Part shown: positions 10,346 to 20,092 of the stretch, piece after piece
Position numbering within the stretch: position 1 is the stretch's first letter
Layout: every line of letters begins with the position of its first letter
Assembly (NCBI GenBank): GCA_963703575.1
Contig: CAVPEU010000026.1
Span: forward strand, 129,850-193,849
Source of the DNA: an uncultured Chloroflexia bacterium
GTDB lineage: Bacteria; Chloroflexota; Limnocylindria; Limnocylindrales; CSP1-4
Direction of reading: 5' to 3'
Length of the DNA stretch: 64,000 nucleotides
Program-made: the position numbers and the translations under genes
Notes under the pieces: generated by a model
What the model was told of the DNA's origin: nothing
The model's database searches: none
What the model saw: only the letters and a program-made list of their open reading frames with translations

Positions 10346-11743
10346 CTAGTAGATACCGCTTTCCGGGCCGACGCCCTCGAGCCAGGCCTTGATGTCGCGC
10401 AGCAGCGCGGCGCCACCGGCGCCGTCGTTCGCGCGGTGGTCGAGGGCGAGGACCATGTTCATGACCGGCCGGATGGCGATCACGTCGCCGTCCGGGGTGC
10501 TCACGACGACGGCGCGCTTGGTGATCGCCTCCATGGTCACGATCGCGACCTCCGGCACGTTGATGATCGGCATCACGAGGTTGGTGCCCAGGTAGCCGGT
10601 GTTGTCCACGGTGAACGTGCCGCCGCCGAAATCGTCGAGGCGCAGCTTGTTGGCCCGGGCACGGTCGGTGACATCGGTGATCGCACGGTTGAGACCGTGG
10701 ACCGAGAGCTGGTCCGCGTCCCGGATGACGGGCACGATCAGCCCATCGTCGACGGCGACCGCCACGCCGATGTTGATCCGGCGCTTGGCGAGCAGGCCCT
10801 GCTCGGTCCATTGGGCGTTGAAGGTGGGGTTGCACTTGAGCGCCTCGGCCGATGCCTTGACCACGAACGGGACGTAGCTGAGCGAGAGGCCCTCCTTGTC
10901 CTGGTACGCCTTCTTCGCCCGCTCCCGGAAGGCCACCAGGCGCGTGACGTCCACCTCCATCTGGACGTAGGCGTGCGGCGCCTGGAGGGCGCGGGTCATC
11001 TGTGCCGCGATGCCCTTGCGCATCTGGGTCGTGGGGACGAGGACCTCGTCCGCGCCGGCCGGGAAGGTGATGACGGTGCCGGTCGGTGCCTTCGAGGGCG
11101 CCGAGCCGCCCGCCGGGGCAGGCGCGGCAGGACCGGGCGCGACGGGTCCCGATGCCGGCGCCGGCGGCGCCGGCGGCGCCACGCCGGTCCGGACGGCCTC
11201 GACGAACGCCAGGACGTCCTCGCGGGTGATGCGGCCGCCGCCGCCGGTGCCGACGATCTGGGCCGGCTCGAGGTTGTGCTCGCGGAGCAGCCGGCGGACG
11301 GCCGGGGTCATGCGGGCGTTGGGGTCCCCGACAAGATCCGGGGCGGGCGCATGGAACGACGGGACCGGGGCGGACGGTTGGGCCGCCGGGGCGGAGGGGA
11401 CGGCGACGGGCCGCTCGTCGGACCCGGCCGGTCCATGGGCCGGCTCCGTCACCGACGTCGCCACGGGCGCGGGCGCCGCGGCGGCCGCGACGGCGCCGCC
11501 CGCTTCGTCCGCGGTCTCGATGATCGCGATCTCGGCGTTGTTGGCGACGGTCGCGCCCTCGTCCGCGAGGATCTGCTTCAGGACGCCCGCGAACGGCGAG
11601 GGGACCTCGGCGTTCACCTTGTCGGTGATGACCTCGAGCAGCGGCTCGTACTTGTCGACGGTATCGCCCGGCTGCTTGAGCCAGCGCCCGATCGTGCCCT
11701 CGGCCACGCTCTCGCCGAGCTGGGGCATCGTCACCTTGGCCAC
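10346..11743 (-). CDS. 2-oxoacid dehydrogenase E2 (dihydrolipoamide acyltransferase)
   Basis: Single lipoyl domain (MPQLGESVAEGTIGRWLK...EVITDKV), Ala/Pro linker, and catalytic domain with DHRANDG. GTG start (MAKVTMPQLGE) preceded by GGAGGA; an ATG start at 11728 is the alternative. Confidence 0.85.
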   Translation of the reverse strand: MAKVTMPQLGESVAEGTIGRWLKQPGDTVDKYEPLLEVITDKVNAEVPSPFAGVLKQILADEGATVANNAEIAIIETADEAGGAVAAAAAPAPVATSVTEPAHGPAGSDERPVAVPSAPAAQPSAPVPSFHAPAPDLVGDPNARMTPAVRRLLREHNLEPAQIVGTGGGGRITREDVLAFVEAVRTGVAPPAPPAPASGPVAPGPAAPAPAGGSAPSKAPTGTVITFPAGADEVLVPTTQMRKGIAAQMTRALQAPHAYVQMEVDVTRLVAFRERAKKAYQDKEGLSLSYVPFVVKASAEALKCNPTFNAQWTEQGLLAKRRINIGVAVAVDDGLIVPVIRDADQLSVHGLNRAITDVTDRARANKLRLDDFGGGTFTVDNTGYLGTNLVMPIINVPEVAIVTMEAITKRAVVVSTPDGDVIAIRPVMNMVLALDHRANDGAGGAALLRDIKAWLEGVGPESGIY

Positions 11744-11864
11744 TGGTCCTGTTCCTCCGATGGGGCGCTGCGGGGAGGCGCTGGTCTCGTCGGCACCTAG
11801 TGTCGCGCATCCTGCGAGGGCGTGTCGCCGGGACGGGAGCATTGCGGAGCCGGCGGCGACGGCC

Positions 11865-11918
11865 CGCCCGGCCCTCCACCTGCGCCCGGCCCTCCACCTG
11901 CGCCCGGCCCTCCACCTG
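11865..11918. repeat. Tandem repeat, 3 x 18 bp (GCCCGGCCCTCCACCTGC), in the E1beta-E2 intergenic spacer
   Basis: Three perfect tandem copies plus a degenerate fourth. They produce the PAPGPP and GRAQVE repeats seen in spurious ORFs on both strands. Confidence 0.8.
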
Positions 11919-11949
11919 CGCCCGGCCCGCCGGCGCGGACCGGCGACGT

Positions 11950-12933
11950 TCAGTACGCGGCCAGCCTCCGGATCGCGTCGGCGATCTTCGCGGGGCTGAG
12001 CATGAACCAGTCCTCCAGCACGTGGTTGTAGGGCACGCCGGGGACATCCGGGCCGGCGATGCGGGAGACCGGCCCGTCGAGGTAGTCGAACGCCTCCTCG
12101 GCGACGATCGCCGCGATCTCCGCCCCGTACCCGCCGAACCGGTTGTCCTCGTACGCGACCAGGCACTTGCCGGTCTTGCGCACGCTCGACAGGAGCGTCT
12201 CGCGGTCCAGCGGCCGCAGCGTGCGCAGGTCGATGACCTCGGTCTCGATCCCTTCTGCCGCCACGCGCTCGGCGGCTTCCAGCGCGTAATGGACCATCAG
12301 CCCGTACCCGATGACCGTTACGTGGCGCCCAGCCCGCCGGACGGCCGCCTGGCCCAACGGCACCGTGAACTCCCCGTCCGGCACGTCCCCGCGCACGGAG
12401 CGGTACATCTTCTTGTGCTCGAAGAACAGCACCGGGTCATCGTCCCGGATCGCCGTCCGGAGCAGGCCCTTGGCGTCGTACGGCGTGGACGGGATCACGA
12501 CCTTGAGCCCCGGCACGTGGGTGTAGAACGCCTCCACCGACTGCGAGTGGTAGAGCGCCCCGTGGACGCCGCCGCCGTAGGGTGCCCGGATGACGATCGG
12601 CACCGAGAACCCGTTGTTCGAGCGATAGCGCATCCGCGCCGCCTCGGACACGATCTGGTTGAACGCCGGGTGGATGAAGTCGGCGAACTGGATCTCGGCG
12701 ATCGGCCGCAGCCCGTTGAGCGCGGCGCCGATCGACGTGCCGACGATCATCGATTCGGTCAGCGGCGTGTCGATCACCCGGTCGTCGCCGAACTCGGCCC
12801 ACAGCCCGTCGGTGGCCAGGAACACGCCGCCCTTCAGGCCGACATCCTCGCCCAGCAGCACGACGGACGCGTCACGCCGCATCTCCTCGGCCATGCCCTC
12901 GCGGATCGCCTCGATGAACGTCCGGATCGCCAT
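11950..12933 (-). CDS. 2-oxoacid dehydrogenase E1 beta subunit
   Basis: Transketolase-like beta-subunit sequence (MAIRTFIEAIREGM...). ATG overlaps the E1alpha TGA (TGATG). Confidence 0.9.
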   Translation of the reverse strand: MAIRTFIEAIREGMAEEMRRDASVVLLGEDVGLKGGVFLATDGLWAEFGDDRVIDTPLTESMIVGTSIGAALNGLRPIAEIQFADFIHPAFNQIVSEAARMRYRSNNGFSVPIVIRAPYGGGVHGALYHSQSVEAFYTHVPGLKVVIPSTPYDAKGLLRTAIRDDDPVLFFEHKKMYRSVRGDVPDGEFTVPLGQAAVRRAGRHVTVIGYGLMVHYALEAAERVAAEGIETEVIDLRTLRPLDRETLLSSVRKTGKCLVAYEDNRFGGYGAEIAAIVAEEAFDYLDGPVSRIAGPDVPGVPYNHVLEDWFMLSPAKIADAIRRLAAY

Positions 12934-14015
12934 CAGCCGTGATCCTCGGCCCCCGCGGCCCCGTGCCACGGCGGCGGCGTCTCGCCCGGCCAGTGCTCCG
13001 CGTAGACCCAGTCGAGGGCGGTGGACGGATCCGGGTCCGGCTGCGCCTCCGCGAAATCGGTCGCGTCGTCCACGGCTGCCCTGATCCCGGTCGCCAGCGC
13101 CGCCTCGATCTCGTCCGTCAGCACGCCGGCCTCGTGGAGCCGAGCCCGGAAGATCGGCAGCGGGTCGCGGGCCCGGCCCTCGGCGAGGTCGTCCTCGGAG
13201 CGGTACTTGGTCTGCTGGTCGTCCGACGAGTGGGCCGTCAGGCGGGTCACCTTGGCCTCGATGAGGGTCGGGCCCTCGCCCCGACGAGCCTGCTCCACGG
13301 CCTCGCGCCCGGCCACGTAGCACGCGAGCACGTCCGTCCCGTCCACGACCACGCCCGGGATCCCGTACCCGGACGCGCGGTCCGCGACGTCCCTGACGCT
13401 CAGCTCCTTCTCCGCCGGCACGCTGATCGCGTAGCCGTTGTTCTCGACGACCAGCACGAACGGCAGCCTGTGGATGGCGGCGAAGTTGAGCGCCTCGTGG
13501 ACGTCGCCCTGGTTGGAGCTCCCCTCGCCCATGACCGCGATGGCGACCTGGTCCAGCCCCCGGAGCTTCGCGGCGAGCGCGATCCCCACCGCGTGCAGGA
13601 TCTGGGTGGCGACCGGCGACGACACGGACACCAGGTGATGCGAGGGGTGTCCGTAGTGGCCGGGCATCTGGCGCCCGCCCGACGACGGGTCGGTCGACTT
13701 CGCGTACTGGGCGAGCATCAGGTCCCGGGCGGTCATGCCGAACGTGAGGCAGGTCGCGATGGAGCGGTAGAACGGGGCGATCCAGTCCTGGCCGCGGCGG
13801 AGCGCCCAGGTCAGGCCGACCTGGGCGCCCTCGTGCCCCTGGCCGCTGATCACGAACGGGATCCGGCCGGAGCGGTTGAGGATCCACATCCGCTCGTCCA
13901 CCGCACGGGCGAGCGCGACCGTCCGGTACATCGCGAGCAGGTCGGCGTCGGTCAGGCCGACCGAGGCGGCGAGGGGGCTCGTGGCGGCGTCACCGCTGCG
14001 ATCGGTCACCGTCAT
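12933..14015 (-). CDS. 2-oxoacid dehydrogenase E1 alpha subunit (TPP-dependent)
   Basis: TPP-binding GEGSSNQGDVHEALNFAA motif. Start chosen at MTVTD (GGAGGA 4 nt upstream); the alternative upstream start is at 14063. Confidence 0.85.
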   Translation of the reverse strand: MTVTDRSGDAATSPLAASVGLTDADLLAMYRTVALARAVDERMWILNRSGRIPFVISGQGHEGAQVGLTWALRRGQDWIAPFYRSIATCLTFGMTARDLMLAQYAKSTDPSSGGRQMPGHYGHPSHHLVSVSSPVATQILHAVGIALAAKLRGLDQVAIAVMGEGSSNQGDVHEALNFAAIHRLPFVLVVENNGYAISVPAEKELSVRDVADRASGYGIPGVVVDGTDVLACYVAGREAVEQARRGEGPTLIEAKVTRLTAHSSDDQQTKYRSEDDLAEGRARDPLPIFRARLHEAGVLTDEIEAALATGIRAAVDDATDFAEAQPDPDPSTALDWVYAEHWPGETPPPWHGAAGAEDHG

Positions 14016-14069
14016 CGCGTCCTCCGTGCGCCGCTCCGCGGCGACCGGCTGCGCCGGCCGCATCCACGG

Positions 14070-15512
14070 CTAGAAGTTGATCGACCGCCCGTCGATGGCC
14101 ATCGCGGTCTCGGCGAGGATCTCCGAGTAGGTGGGATGGGCGTGGGTGGCGGCGCCGATCTCCCACGGGGCTGCCTCGAGGGACAGCGCGAGCGAGGCCT
14201 CCGCGATGAGGTCCGTCGCGTGCGGGCCGATGAGGTGGACGCCCAGCGTCTCGTCGGTCTCGCGGTGGCCGATGATCTTGGCGAAGCCCTCGTACTCCCC
14301 GCCGATGATCGCCTTGCCCACCGCCTGGAACGGGACCTTGGCCGTCTTGACCGCCAGGCCGCGCTCCTCGCACTGCTGCTCGGTCAGGCCGACGGACGCG
14401 ATCTCGGGCCGGCAGTACGTGGCACGCGGCTGCTTGACGTAGTCCATCGGGTGGACGTCCGGGTCACCGGCGATCGTGTGGGCGGCGATGATCCCCTCGT
14501 GCGCGGCCGTGTGCGCGAGCATCAGCCCGCCGACGATGTCCCCGATGGCGTACAGGTGCGGCTCCTTCGTCCGCATCCGGCCATCCACCTTGACGATGCC
14601 CCGGTCGATCTCGGCCGAGGTCGTCTCGAGCCCCACATCCTCCACGTTGGTCGCCCGGCCGGTGGCGACGAGCAGCATCTCGGCGGAGATCTCCGTCGCG
14701 TCCTTGCCCTCCGGCCCCACCGTGATCCGGACGCCCGCGTCCCCGGCGACGACCGACGCGGCATCGAAGCGGGCGCTGGTCATGACCGTGATCCCGCGCC
14801 GGGCGAAGGTGCGCTCCAGTTCCCTGGATACCTCGCGGTCCTCGAGCGGCACGATCGCGGGCAGGTATTCGAGCAGCGTCACGGTCGCACCCAGGTCGTG
14901 GTACATGGACGCGAACTCCACCCCGACCGCGCCGGCGCCGATCACGATCACGCTGGCGGGCATCGAGTCCATCCGCAGGACGTCGTCAGAGGTCACGATC
15001 CGGCGCCCGTCCGGGACGATCCCGGGCAGTGACTTGACCCGCGAGCCGGTCGCGAGGATCACGTCCGTGGCGTTGAGGATCCGCTCTCCGCCGGCGCCCG
15101 GCGTGCCGTCCTCGCCCGCCTGGAGGACGCGGACCTTGGTCCCGCCCTCGAGCCGTCCCCGACCCTGGACCCAGGTCACGTCGTACTTGCGGACCAGGCC
15201 CTGGACACCCTTCCACATGCGGTTGACGACCTGGTCGCGGCGCTTCGCGATCTGCGCGTAGTCGACCTCCACCTCGCCGCCCAGCCGCAGGCCGAAGTCG
15301 CCCGCGTGGCGCAGCCGCTCGTTGAACGCGGCCGACTCGAGGAGCGCCTTGGTGGGGATGCAACCGCGATGCAGGCAGGTGCCGCCCAGCTTGTCCTCGT
15401 CCACGAGGGCCACCCGCAGGCCCAGCTGCGAGGCGCGGAACGCCGCCCCATAGCCGCCGGTGCCGGCGCCCAGGACGACGAGGTCGAAATCATTGGAGGA
15501 GCCGACGGCCAT
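14070..15512 (-). CDS. lpd: Dihydrolipoyl dehydrogenase (E3)
   Basis: FAD motif GAGTGGYGAA, redox-active disulfide GGTCLHRGCIPTK, and C-terminal HAHPTYSE. Confidence 0.9.
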   Translation of the reverse strand: MAVGSSNDFDLVVLGAGTGGYGAAFRASQLGLRVALVDEDKLGGTCLHRGCIPTKALLESAAFNERLRHAGDFGLRLGGEVEVDYAQIAKRRDQVVNRMWKGVQGLVRKYDVTWVQGRGRLEGGTKVRVLQAGEDGTPGAGGERILNATDVILATGSRVKSLPGIVPDGRRIVTSDDVLRMDSMPASVIVIGAGAVGVEFASMYHDLGATVTLLEYLPAIVPLEDREVSRELERTFARRGITVMTSARFDAASVVAGDAGVRITVGPEGKDATEISAEMLLVATGRATNVEDVGLETTSAEIDRGIVKVDGRMRTKEPHLYAIGDIVGGLMLAHTAAHEGIIAAHTIAGDPDVHPMDYVKQPRATYCRPEIASVGLTEQQCEERGLAVKTAKVPFQAVGKAIIGGEYEGFAKIIGHRETDETLGVHLIGPHATDLIAEASLALSLEAAPWEIGAATHAHPTYSEILAETAMAIDGRSINF

Positions 15513-15703
15513 CGCTCAGGAGTTCTCCGCTGGGATCACGGTCGGGCACGGCGAGCCGGCGTCCGCGGGCCTCGGCGTGCGTGGAGGGGTTCGGGACATC
15601 GGACCGATCGTACTACGGGACGTCGCGGCCGATGGCCGGGAGGACCCGGGTCCTCCCGGCCGAAGCCGGAGGCGCACCTGGGGCGGGACCCCCGGAGATG
15701 CGG

Positions 15704-15734
15704 GAGCCGGGTCGCGACGATGGCGACCCGGCTC
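15704..15734 (-). terminator. Stem-loop (12-bp perfect stem GAGCCGGGTCGC / GCGACCCGGCTC) 14 nt downstream of the zinc-ribbon gene stop
   Basis: Perfect inverted repeat seen in the sequence; no U-tract follows it. Confidence 0.4.
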
Positions 15735-15747
15735 ATGCCCGCGAAGC

Positions 15748-16146
15748 TCAGCCGCCGCGCTGGGTGCGGAAGCAGTCCGAGCAGTAGACGGGCTTGCCGT
15801 TGGTGGGGCGGAACGGGACCTTGGCCTCCTTGCCGCAGCTGGAGCAGGTTGCCGTGAACATCTCGCGGGGAGCGCTGCTGCGGCCCGGATAGCCGCCGCC
15901 CGCGTACGATCCGCCGCCGGCTGAGTACCCCCCGGCGCCGCCGGAGCCGGAGTCGTAGCCGCCGCCCGCGTACGATCCGCCGCCGTAGCTGCCGTTGCCG
16001 CCCGCGCGCGCGGCCTTGCGACTGGCGCGGCAGGAGGGACACCGGCGGGGCTCGGTGAATCCCTTCTCGGCGTAGAAGGCCTGCTCACGCTCCGAGAATT
16101 CGAACTCCATTCCGCAGTCGGAACAGGTCAGGGTCTTGTCGGCCAC
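15748..16146 (-). CDS. Double zinc-ribbon protein with an internal Gly/Tyr/Ser-rich low-complexity region
   Basis: CSDCGMEF...CPSCR and CSSCGK...CSDCF flank GGSYAGGGYDSGSGGAGGYSAGGGSYAGGGY. Confidence 0.7.
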   Translation of the reverse strand: MADKTLTCSDCGMEFEFSEREQAFYAEKGFTEPRRCPSCRASRKAARAGGNGSYGGGSYAGGGYDSGSGGAGGYSAGGGSYAGGGYPGRSSAPREMFTATCSSCGKEAKVPFRPTNGKPVYCSDCFRTQRGG

Positions 16147-16344
16147 GTGCCGATCTCCTCCAGGTGTCGCCGCCTCTCGCCCGGGTTCCTCGAGACGGTG
16201 CCGGAGGAGACCAAGTTTCGAACGTGCGAACGGGTGTGTGCGTGCGCGTCGATCCGTGCACGCGCGGAGTGTAGGAGCAACGCGCGGCCATGGCGATACC
16301 CCAAATTGCGCACGACCCCGGGATGCGCCGGTCCGGACGCCCGG

Positions 16345-16548
16345 TCAGGCGTTCGGGGCGTGGAGGATGCGCCACAGGACGAAGGCGGTGCCGCCCAGCA
16401 GCACCAGGATCAGGAGCGGCGTATGGAACACGACCGACTGGGCGCCGCTGGGCAGGAGCGCGGTGACAGCGGCGGCCGCGAGGACGGCGGCGACGACGAC
16501 GGCCGCCACGAGCAGCACCTCGCGGGCACCGGGCTGGCGCTCAGCCAC
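16345..16548 (-). CDS. Small two-TM membrane protein (67 aa), hypothetical
   Basis: GTG start overlaps the nnr stop (GTGGCTGAG). GGAGG 6 nt upstream. Two hydrophobic helices. Confidence 0.45.
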   Translation of the reverse strand: MAERQPGAREVLLVAAVVVAAVLAAAAVTALLPSGAQSVVFHTPLLILVLLGGTAFVLWRILHAPNA

Positions 16549-17323
16549 GGTCGGCCTCCGCGGGGATGCCGATCGGGGCCACCAGGACGCGTCCGGCCAG
16601 GGCGCGTCCCATCTTCGTGCGCAGGCCGGTCTTCGGCCGGTGGAACGTGACGGTCAGGTCGGCGCGCACCACCGGGTCCGACGGGTCGCCGGAGGTGAGG
16701 TCCACGGCCGTCGGCGTGTCCACGGCGAGGACGGGGATGCCGGCATCGCGCGCGCGATGGATGACCTCTACGGCTCCCCGGATCGGCTCCCGGAGCCGGC
16801 CGTTCACCCCGGTTCCCAGCAGCGCGTCCACGACGATGCCGGCTTTCTCGATGCCCTGGCCGAGGATGGCGACGTCCCGGGCGACGGGCGCATGGACCTT
16901 GGTCACGTTCGGCAGCCCGTCCAGGCGCTTCCAGTTTCGGGCGGCCTCCGGGGTGCCCGGCCGCTCCTCGACGGCGACCAGGACCGCGATCACGGTCATC
17001 CCCCACTCCGCCAGGCGCCGTGCGGCGACGAACCCGTCGCCACCGTTGTTGCCGGGACCGGCGAGCACGAGGACCGGGCGGTCCATGCGGGCGTTGCGTT
17101 CTGCCAGCGCGCGGGCGGCCGCGGCGACCGCCGTGCCAGCGTGCTCCATCAGCCGCTCCCCGGGGACGCCGAGGGCCTGCGCCTTACGGTCCGTGCCGGT
17201 CATCGCCTGGGCCGAGATGGCGGTGCGCGCGGCCGCGTCCGTCCAGCGCAGCTCGAGGTCATCGAGGCTGCAGGCATGGAGCTCGGGGTCGTCCGCGGGC
17301 AGCGGGATCGTTTCGGTCGGCAC
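16541..17323 (-). CDS. nnrE: NAD(P)H-hydrate epimerase (YjeF N-terminal domain)
   Basis: YjeF_N motifs LMEHAGTAVA, VLAGPGNNGGDGFVAAR, VDALLGTG. Start is uncertain: GTG at 17323 was chosen; the frame stays open up to 17458. Confidence 0.7.
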   Translation of the reverse strand: MPTETIPLPADDPELHACSLDDLELRWTDAAARTAISAQAMTGTDRKAQALGVPGERLMEHAGTAVAAAARALAERNARMDRPVLVLAGPGNNGGDGFVAARRLAEWGMTVIAVLVAVEERPGTPEAARNWKRLDGLPNVTKVHAPVARDVAILGQGIEKAGIVVDALLGTGVNGRLREPIRGAVEVIHRARDAGIPVLAVDTPTAVDLTSGDPSDPVVRADLTVTFHRPKTGLRTKMGRALAGRVLVAPIGIPAEADRG

Positions 17324-17702
17324 GCCCCAGAGGGTACCGCTCGGCCCCGGGGGCCGGGCCTCCGCCCGCCGCCGAGGTGGGCGGCGCCAGACAGCCTGCG
17401 CGGCCGCCCACCGATGACATGCGCGCAATTCGCCGCCGCCGCCGCCGATCCTGGCCACTCAACGACGAGGTGCGTGCTACCGCCCGGTCCAACCCTCTGA
17501 GCCGCACACCAACCGATACGGTGCGTGCTTGGCCAGGAGCAGCTGGCCAACCACGCATGCCGCCGGTCCCTGGCCGGGTCCGCGGCTGGACGCACGCTCG
17601 TTCGAGGCTACTCGGGGTGGCAGCAGGGCCCACGGCATGGCCAGGTGCGAGGACACCACGCGCGCCATCGGTGCATGGCCAAGCCCTGGAACCGGTCCGT
17701 GC

Positions 17703-18947
17703 TCAGAGCAGCTCGGCGATCAGGCTGGCGGCGCGACGAGCCCCGTCGACGGCGACCGGGCGGTACGCGACGGGGCGCTCGATCTCCTCGGCCATCGCCG
17801 CCGCGAGGACCTCGGGAGGGCTCGACGCATAGTCCATCGCCCGCCCGGCCCCGTACCGCTCGAGCCGGTGGCGCACGTGGCGGCTCTGCTCGAAGTGGTT
17901 GCGCAACGGAAAGTACAGGAACGGCCGCCGCGCGGCGGCCAGCTCCATCGTCGTCGTGAGGCCGCCCTGGACGACCGCGAGGTCGCACACCGCGAGGTGC
18001 CGGTACAGCCCCGGGACGAAGCCGCGCACCTCCACGCCCGCGGGCGCGTCCAGCGATTGGGGATCGATCCGCGGCCCGGCGACCGCGATCATCCGCAGGC
18101 CCGGGATCCGGCGCCTGGCCTCCGGGTATGCCGCGACGACCCGCCGCAACAGCGCCTCGCCCACGCCGGACCCACCCACGGTCACGAGCACCACCCGCTC
18201 GTCGGGGTGGTATCCGAGCTCCCGCCGCAGCTCCTCCCGCCGCTCGAGGAGCGGGGCCGGGTCGAACCCGGTCACGTAGCCGCTGAAGTCGTAGTGGCGC
18301 TCGGTCCAGTCGCGGATGGGCGGCAGGCCCGGGCCGAACGCGTCGGGGACGATGTCATCGGGATCGCCCACGAAGATCGCCCGGTCCCGGATTCGCGGGA
18401 AGCGCTCCACGTGCTCGATCATCTCGGCGTTGTAGTCGGCCGTGAGGAACGCCTCCCGCTCGCCGCCGGCGGGCATCGGCAGCCACCCGACGAAGTCCGT
18501 CATCCAGGCGAAGGCCGTCCGCTTGAGCTCCGGGTTCTCGTGCAGGTAGTGGTCCACGTCCCACGACTCGTCGCCGATCACGAGGTCGTACTCCCCGCTC
18601 TCGACGGCGTCGTGGAACACCATGAAGTTCGCGACCAGGATCTCGTCCATCCGGCGGATCGCCTGGAACGCGTTGAGATCGTGCTCCGACGACTCGGCCG
18701 CGATGTGGGCCGACTCGCTCGCGAGCTCACCGCTCAGTGGGTGGATGCGCTCGCCACGCGCCTCGAGGACGGCCGTCACCGGGTGCTGCGCCAGCCAGTC
18801 GATGTCGAGGTCCGGCCGCAGGACGCGGAGCTCCTCGGCGATCGCCACGTCCCGCTGCGCGTGACCCAGCCCGATGGGCGACGAGAGGTAGAGGGCCCGG
18901 CGGCGACGCGACAGGGCGCGCGTCCATCGGCCGTGGTGGGCGCTCAT
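17703..18947 (-). CDS. GT-B fold glycosyltransferase (GT1/GT28-like)
   Basis: C-terminal nucleotide-sugar binding region (VVLVTVGGSGVGE...VVQGGLTTTMELAAARRPFLYFP). ATG overlaps the upstream hydrolase TGA (ATGA). Confidence 0.8.
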   Translation of the reverse strand: MSAHHGRWTRALSRRRRALYLSSPIGLGHAQRDVAIAEELRVLRPDLDIDWLAQHPVTAVLEARGERIHPLSGELASESAHIAAESSEHDLNAFQAIRRMDEILVANFMVFHDAVESGEYDLVIGDESWDVDHYLHENPELKRTAFAWMTDFVGWLPMPAGGEREAFLTADYNAEMIEHVERFPRIRDRAIFVGDPDDIVPDAFGPGLPPIRDWTERHYDFSGYVTGFDPAPLLERREELRRELGYHPDERVVLVTVGGSGVGEALLRRVVAAYPEARRRIPGLRMIAVAGPRIDPQSLDAPAGVEVRGFVPGLYRHLAVCDLAVVQGGLTTTMELAAARRPFLYFPLRNHFEQSRHVRHRLERYGAGRAMDYASSPPEVLAAAMAEEIERPVAYRPVAVDGARRAASLIAELL

Positions 18948-19972
18948 CTCGCCCGCCCCGGCAGCGACTCGACGAAGGCGCGGATGGCCAGGTTCGTGCG
19001 CACCGGCTCGCGCGCCTGCACGAGGTGACCCGAGCCCTCGAACGTCATCAGCCGCCCGCCGGTGAGCTCGGCCAGGGCCCGGCCATGGGCGTGGCGGATG
19101 ATGTGGTCGTCCGATCCGTGGATGACGAGGACGGGACAGCGGACCGACCTGGCGAGCTCGACGAGCGCGGCGCGGCCACCGAGGCCCGGGGCGTCCTCCG
19201 TGAGCAGCAGCGTCTCCGCGTCGGTGTCGAGGGCCCAGGCGACGCAGTCCTCGGTCTGCTTGGTGGAATGCGGCTCCGACAGGCACTGGGCGAAGAAGAA
19301 CTCCACGAACCCGCGGTAGTCCTGCCGCCAGTAGTGGCGGTTGTACTTGTCCCAGCCCTCGTACGCCTCGAGCTCGTCGTCGAACATCGAGGCGGACGCG
19401 GCACGGGTCGGGTCCGGCGGCGCCAGCGGCAGCGCCGGACCGAGGAACACGGCACCGTCGACCCGTTCCGGGTGCCGGCCCGCGAGGTCCAGCGCCCAGC
19501 AGGCGCCCATCGAGAGCGACACCAGCACGGCGCTCCGGGTGACGGTCGCGTCCATCACCGCGAGCGCATCGGCGGCGAACTCCTCCACCGCGTACGCGTC
19601 GGCCGTCGCCGGCCGATCGGAGCGCCCGTTGCCACGCCCATCGAAGGTGACCACGCGGTAGGAGCGTGCGAGGTACGCGATCTGCGCCTTCCACACGCGC
19701 GCGTGCACGATCGACCAGGTGGGCAGGAGCACGACCGTCGCCCTGTCGCCGCCACCGGGACCCCGGTCGCCGTACCGGTCCCAGGCGACGCGGACGCCGT
19801 CGCGCTCGACGAACCCGCTCGCGTCGGGCAGGATCGCGGGCGAGCCGTCGGATGGCCGGGCAGGACCCGGCGGGGTGATCGGAGCATGTCTCCCGGTTGG
19901 ACGAGCCGGCCGCCGGGGGACGCGGGCCGGCGCGCTCATCGGTCGGCTCTCGGGCCGGCACCGTCGGCCCAC
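18944..19972 (-). CDS. Alpha/beta hydrolase fold protein
   Basis: Nucleophile elbow VSLSMGACWA; hydrolase fold from VVLLPTW to HGSDDHII. Low-complexity N-terminus; alternative start at 19939. Confidence 0.8.
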   Translation of the reverse strand: MGRRCRPESRPMSAPARVPRRPARPTGRHAPITPPGPARPSDGSPAILPDASGFVERDGVRVAWDRYGDRGPGGGDRATVVLLPTWSIVHARVWKAQIAYLARSYRVVTFDGRGNGRSDRPATADAYAVEEFAADALAVMDATVTRSAVLVSLSMGACWALDLAGRHPERVDGAVFLGPALPLAPPDPTRAASASMFDDELEAYEGWDKYNRHYWRQDYRGFVEFFFAQCLSEPHSTKQTEDCVAWALDTDAETLLLTEDAPGLGGRAALVELARSVRCPVLVIHGSDDHIIRHAHGRALAELTGGRLMTFEGSGHLVQAREPVRTNLAIRAFVESLPGRAR

Positions 19973-20092
19973 GCGGCGCGATCGTCCAGGCCGGCCTCGA
20001 CGGTAGGCCCGGTCGTCCAGGCCCGGGTGATGCTCGTCGTCATCGCTCGCCTCCAGTCTGGATGCCCGGCGCGATCCGGGCCGGCGAACCGG

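Noticed and set aside
10155-12047. Long overlapping ORFs (10155-12047 minus, 10169-11800 plus, 11010-11999 plus) across the E2 gene
   Set aside because: Low-complexity RG/PA translations driven by GC bias and the 18-bp tandem repeat. The real E2 reading frame is evident from its lipoyl and catalytic domains.
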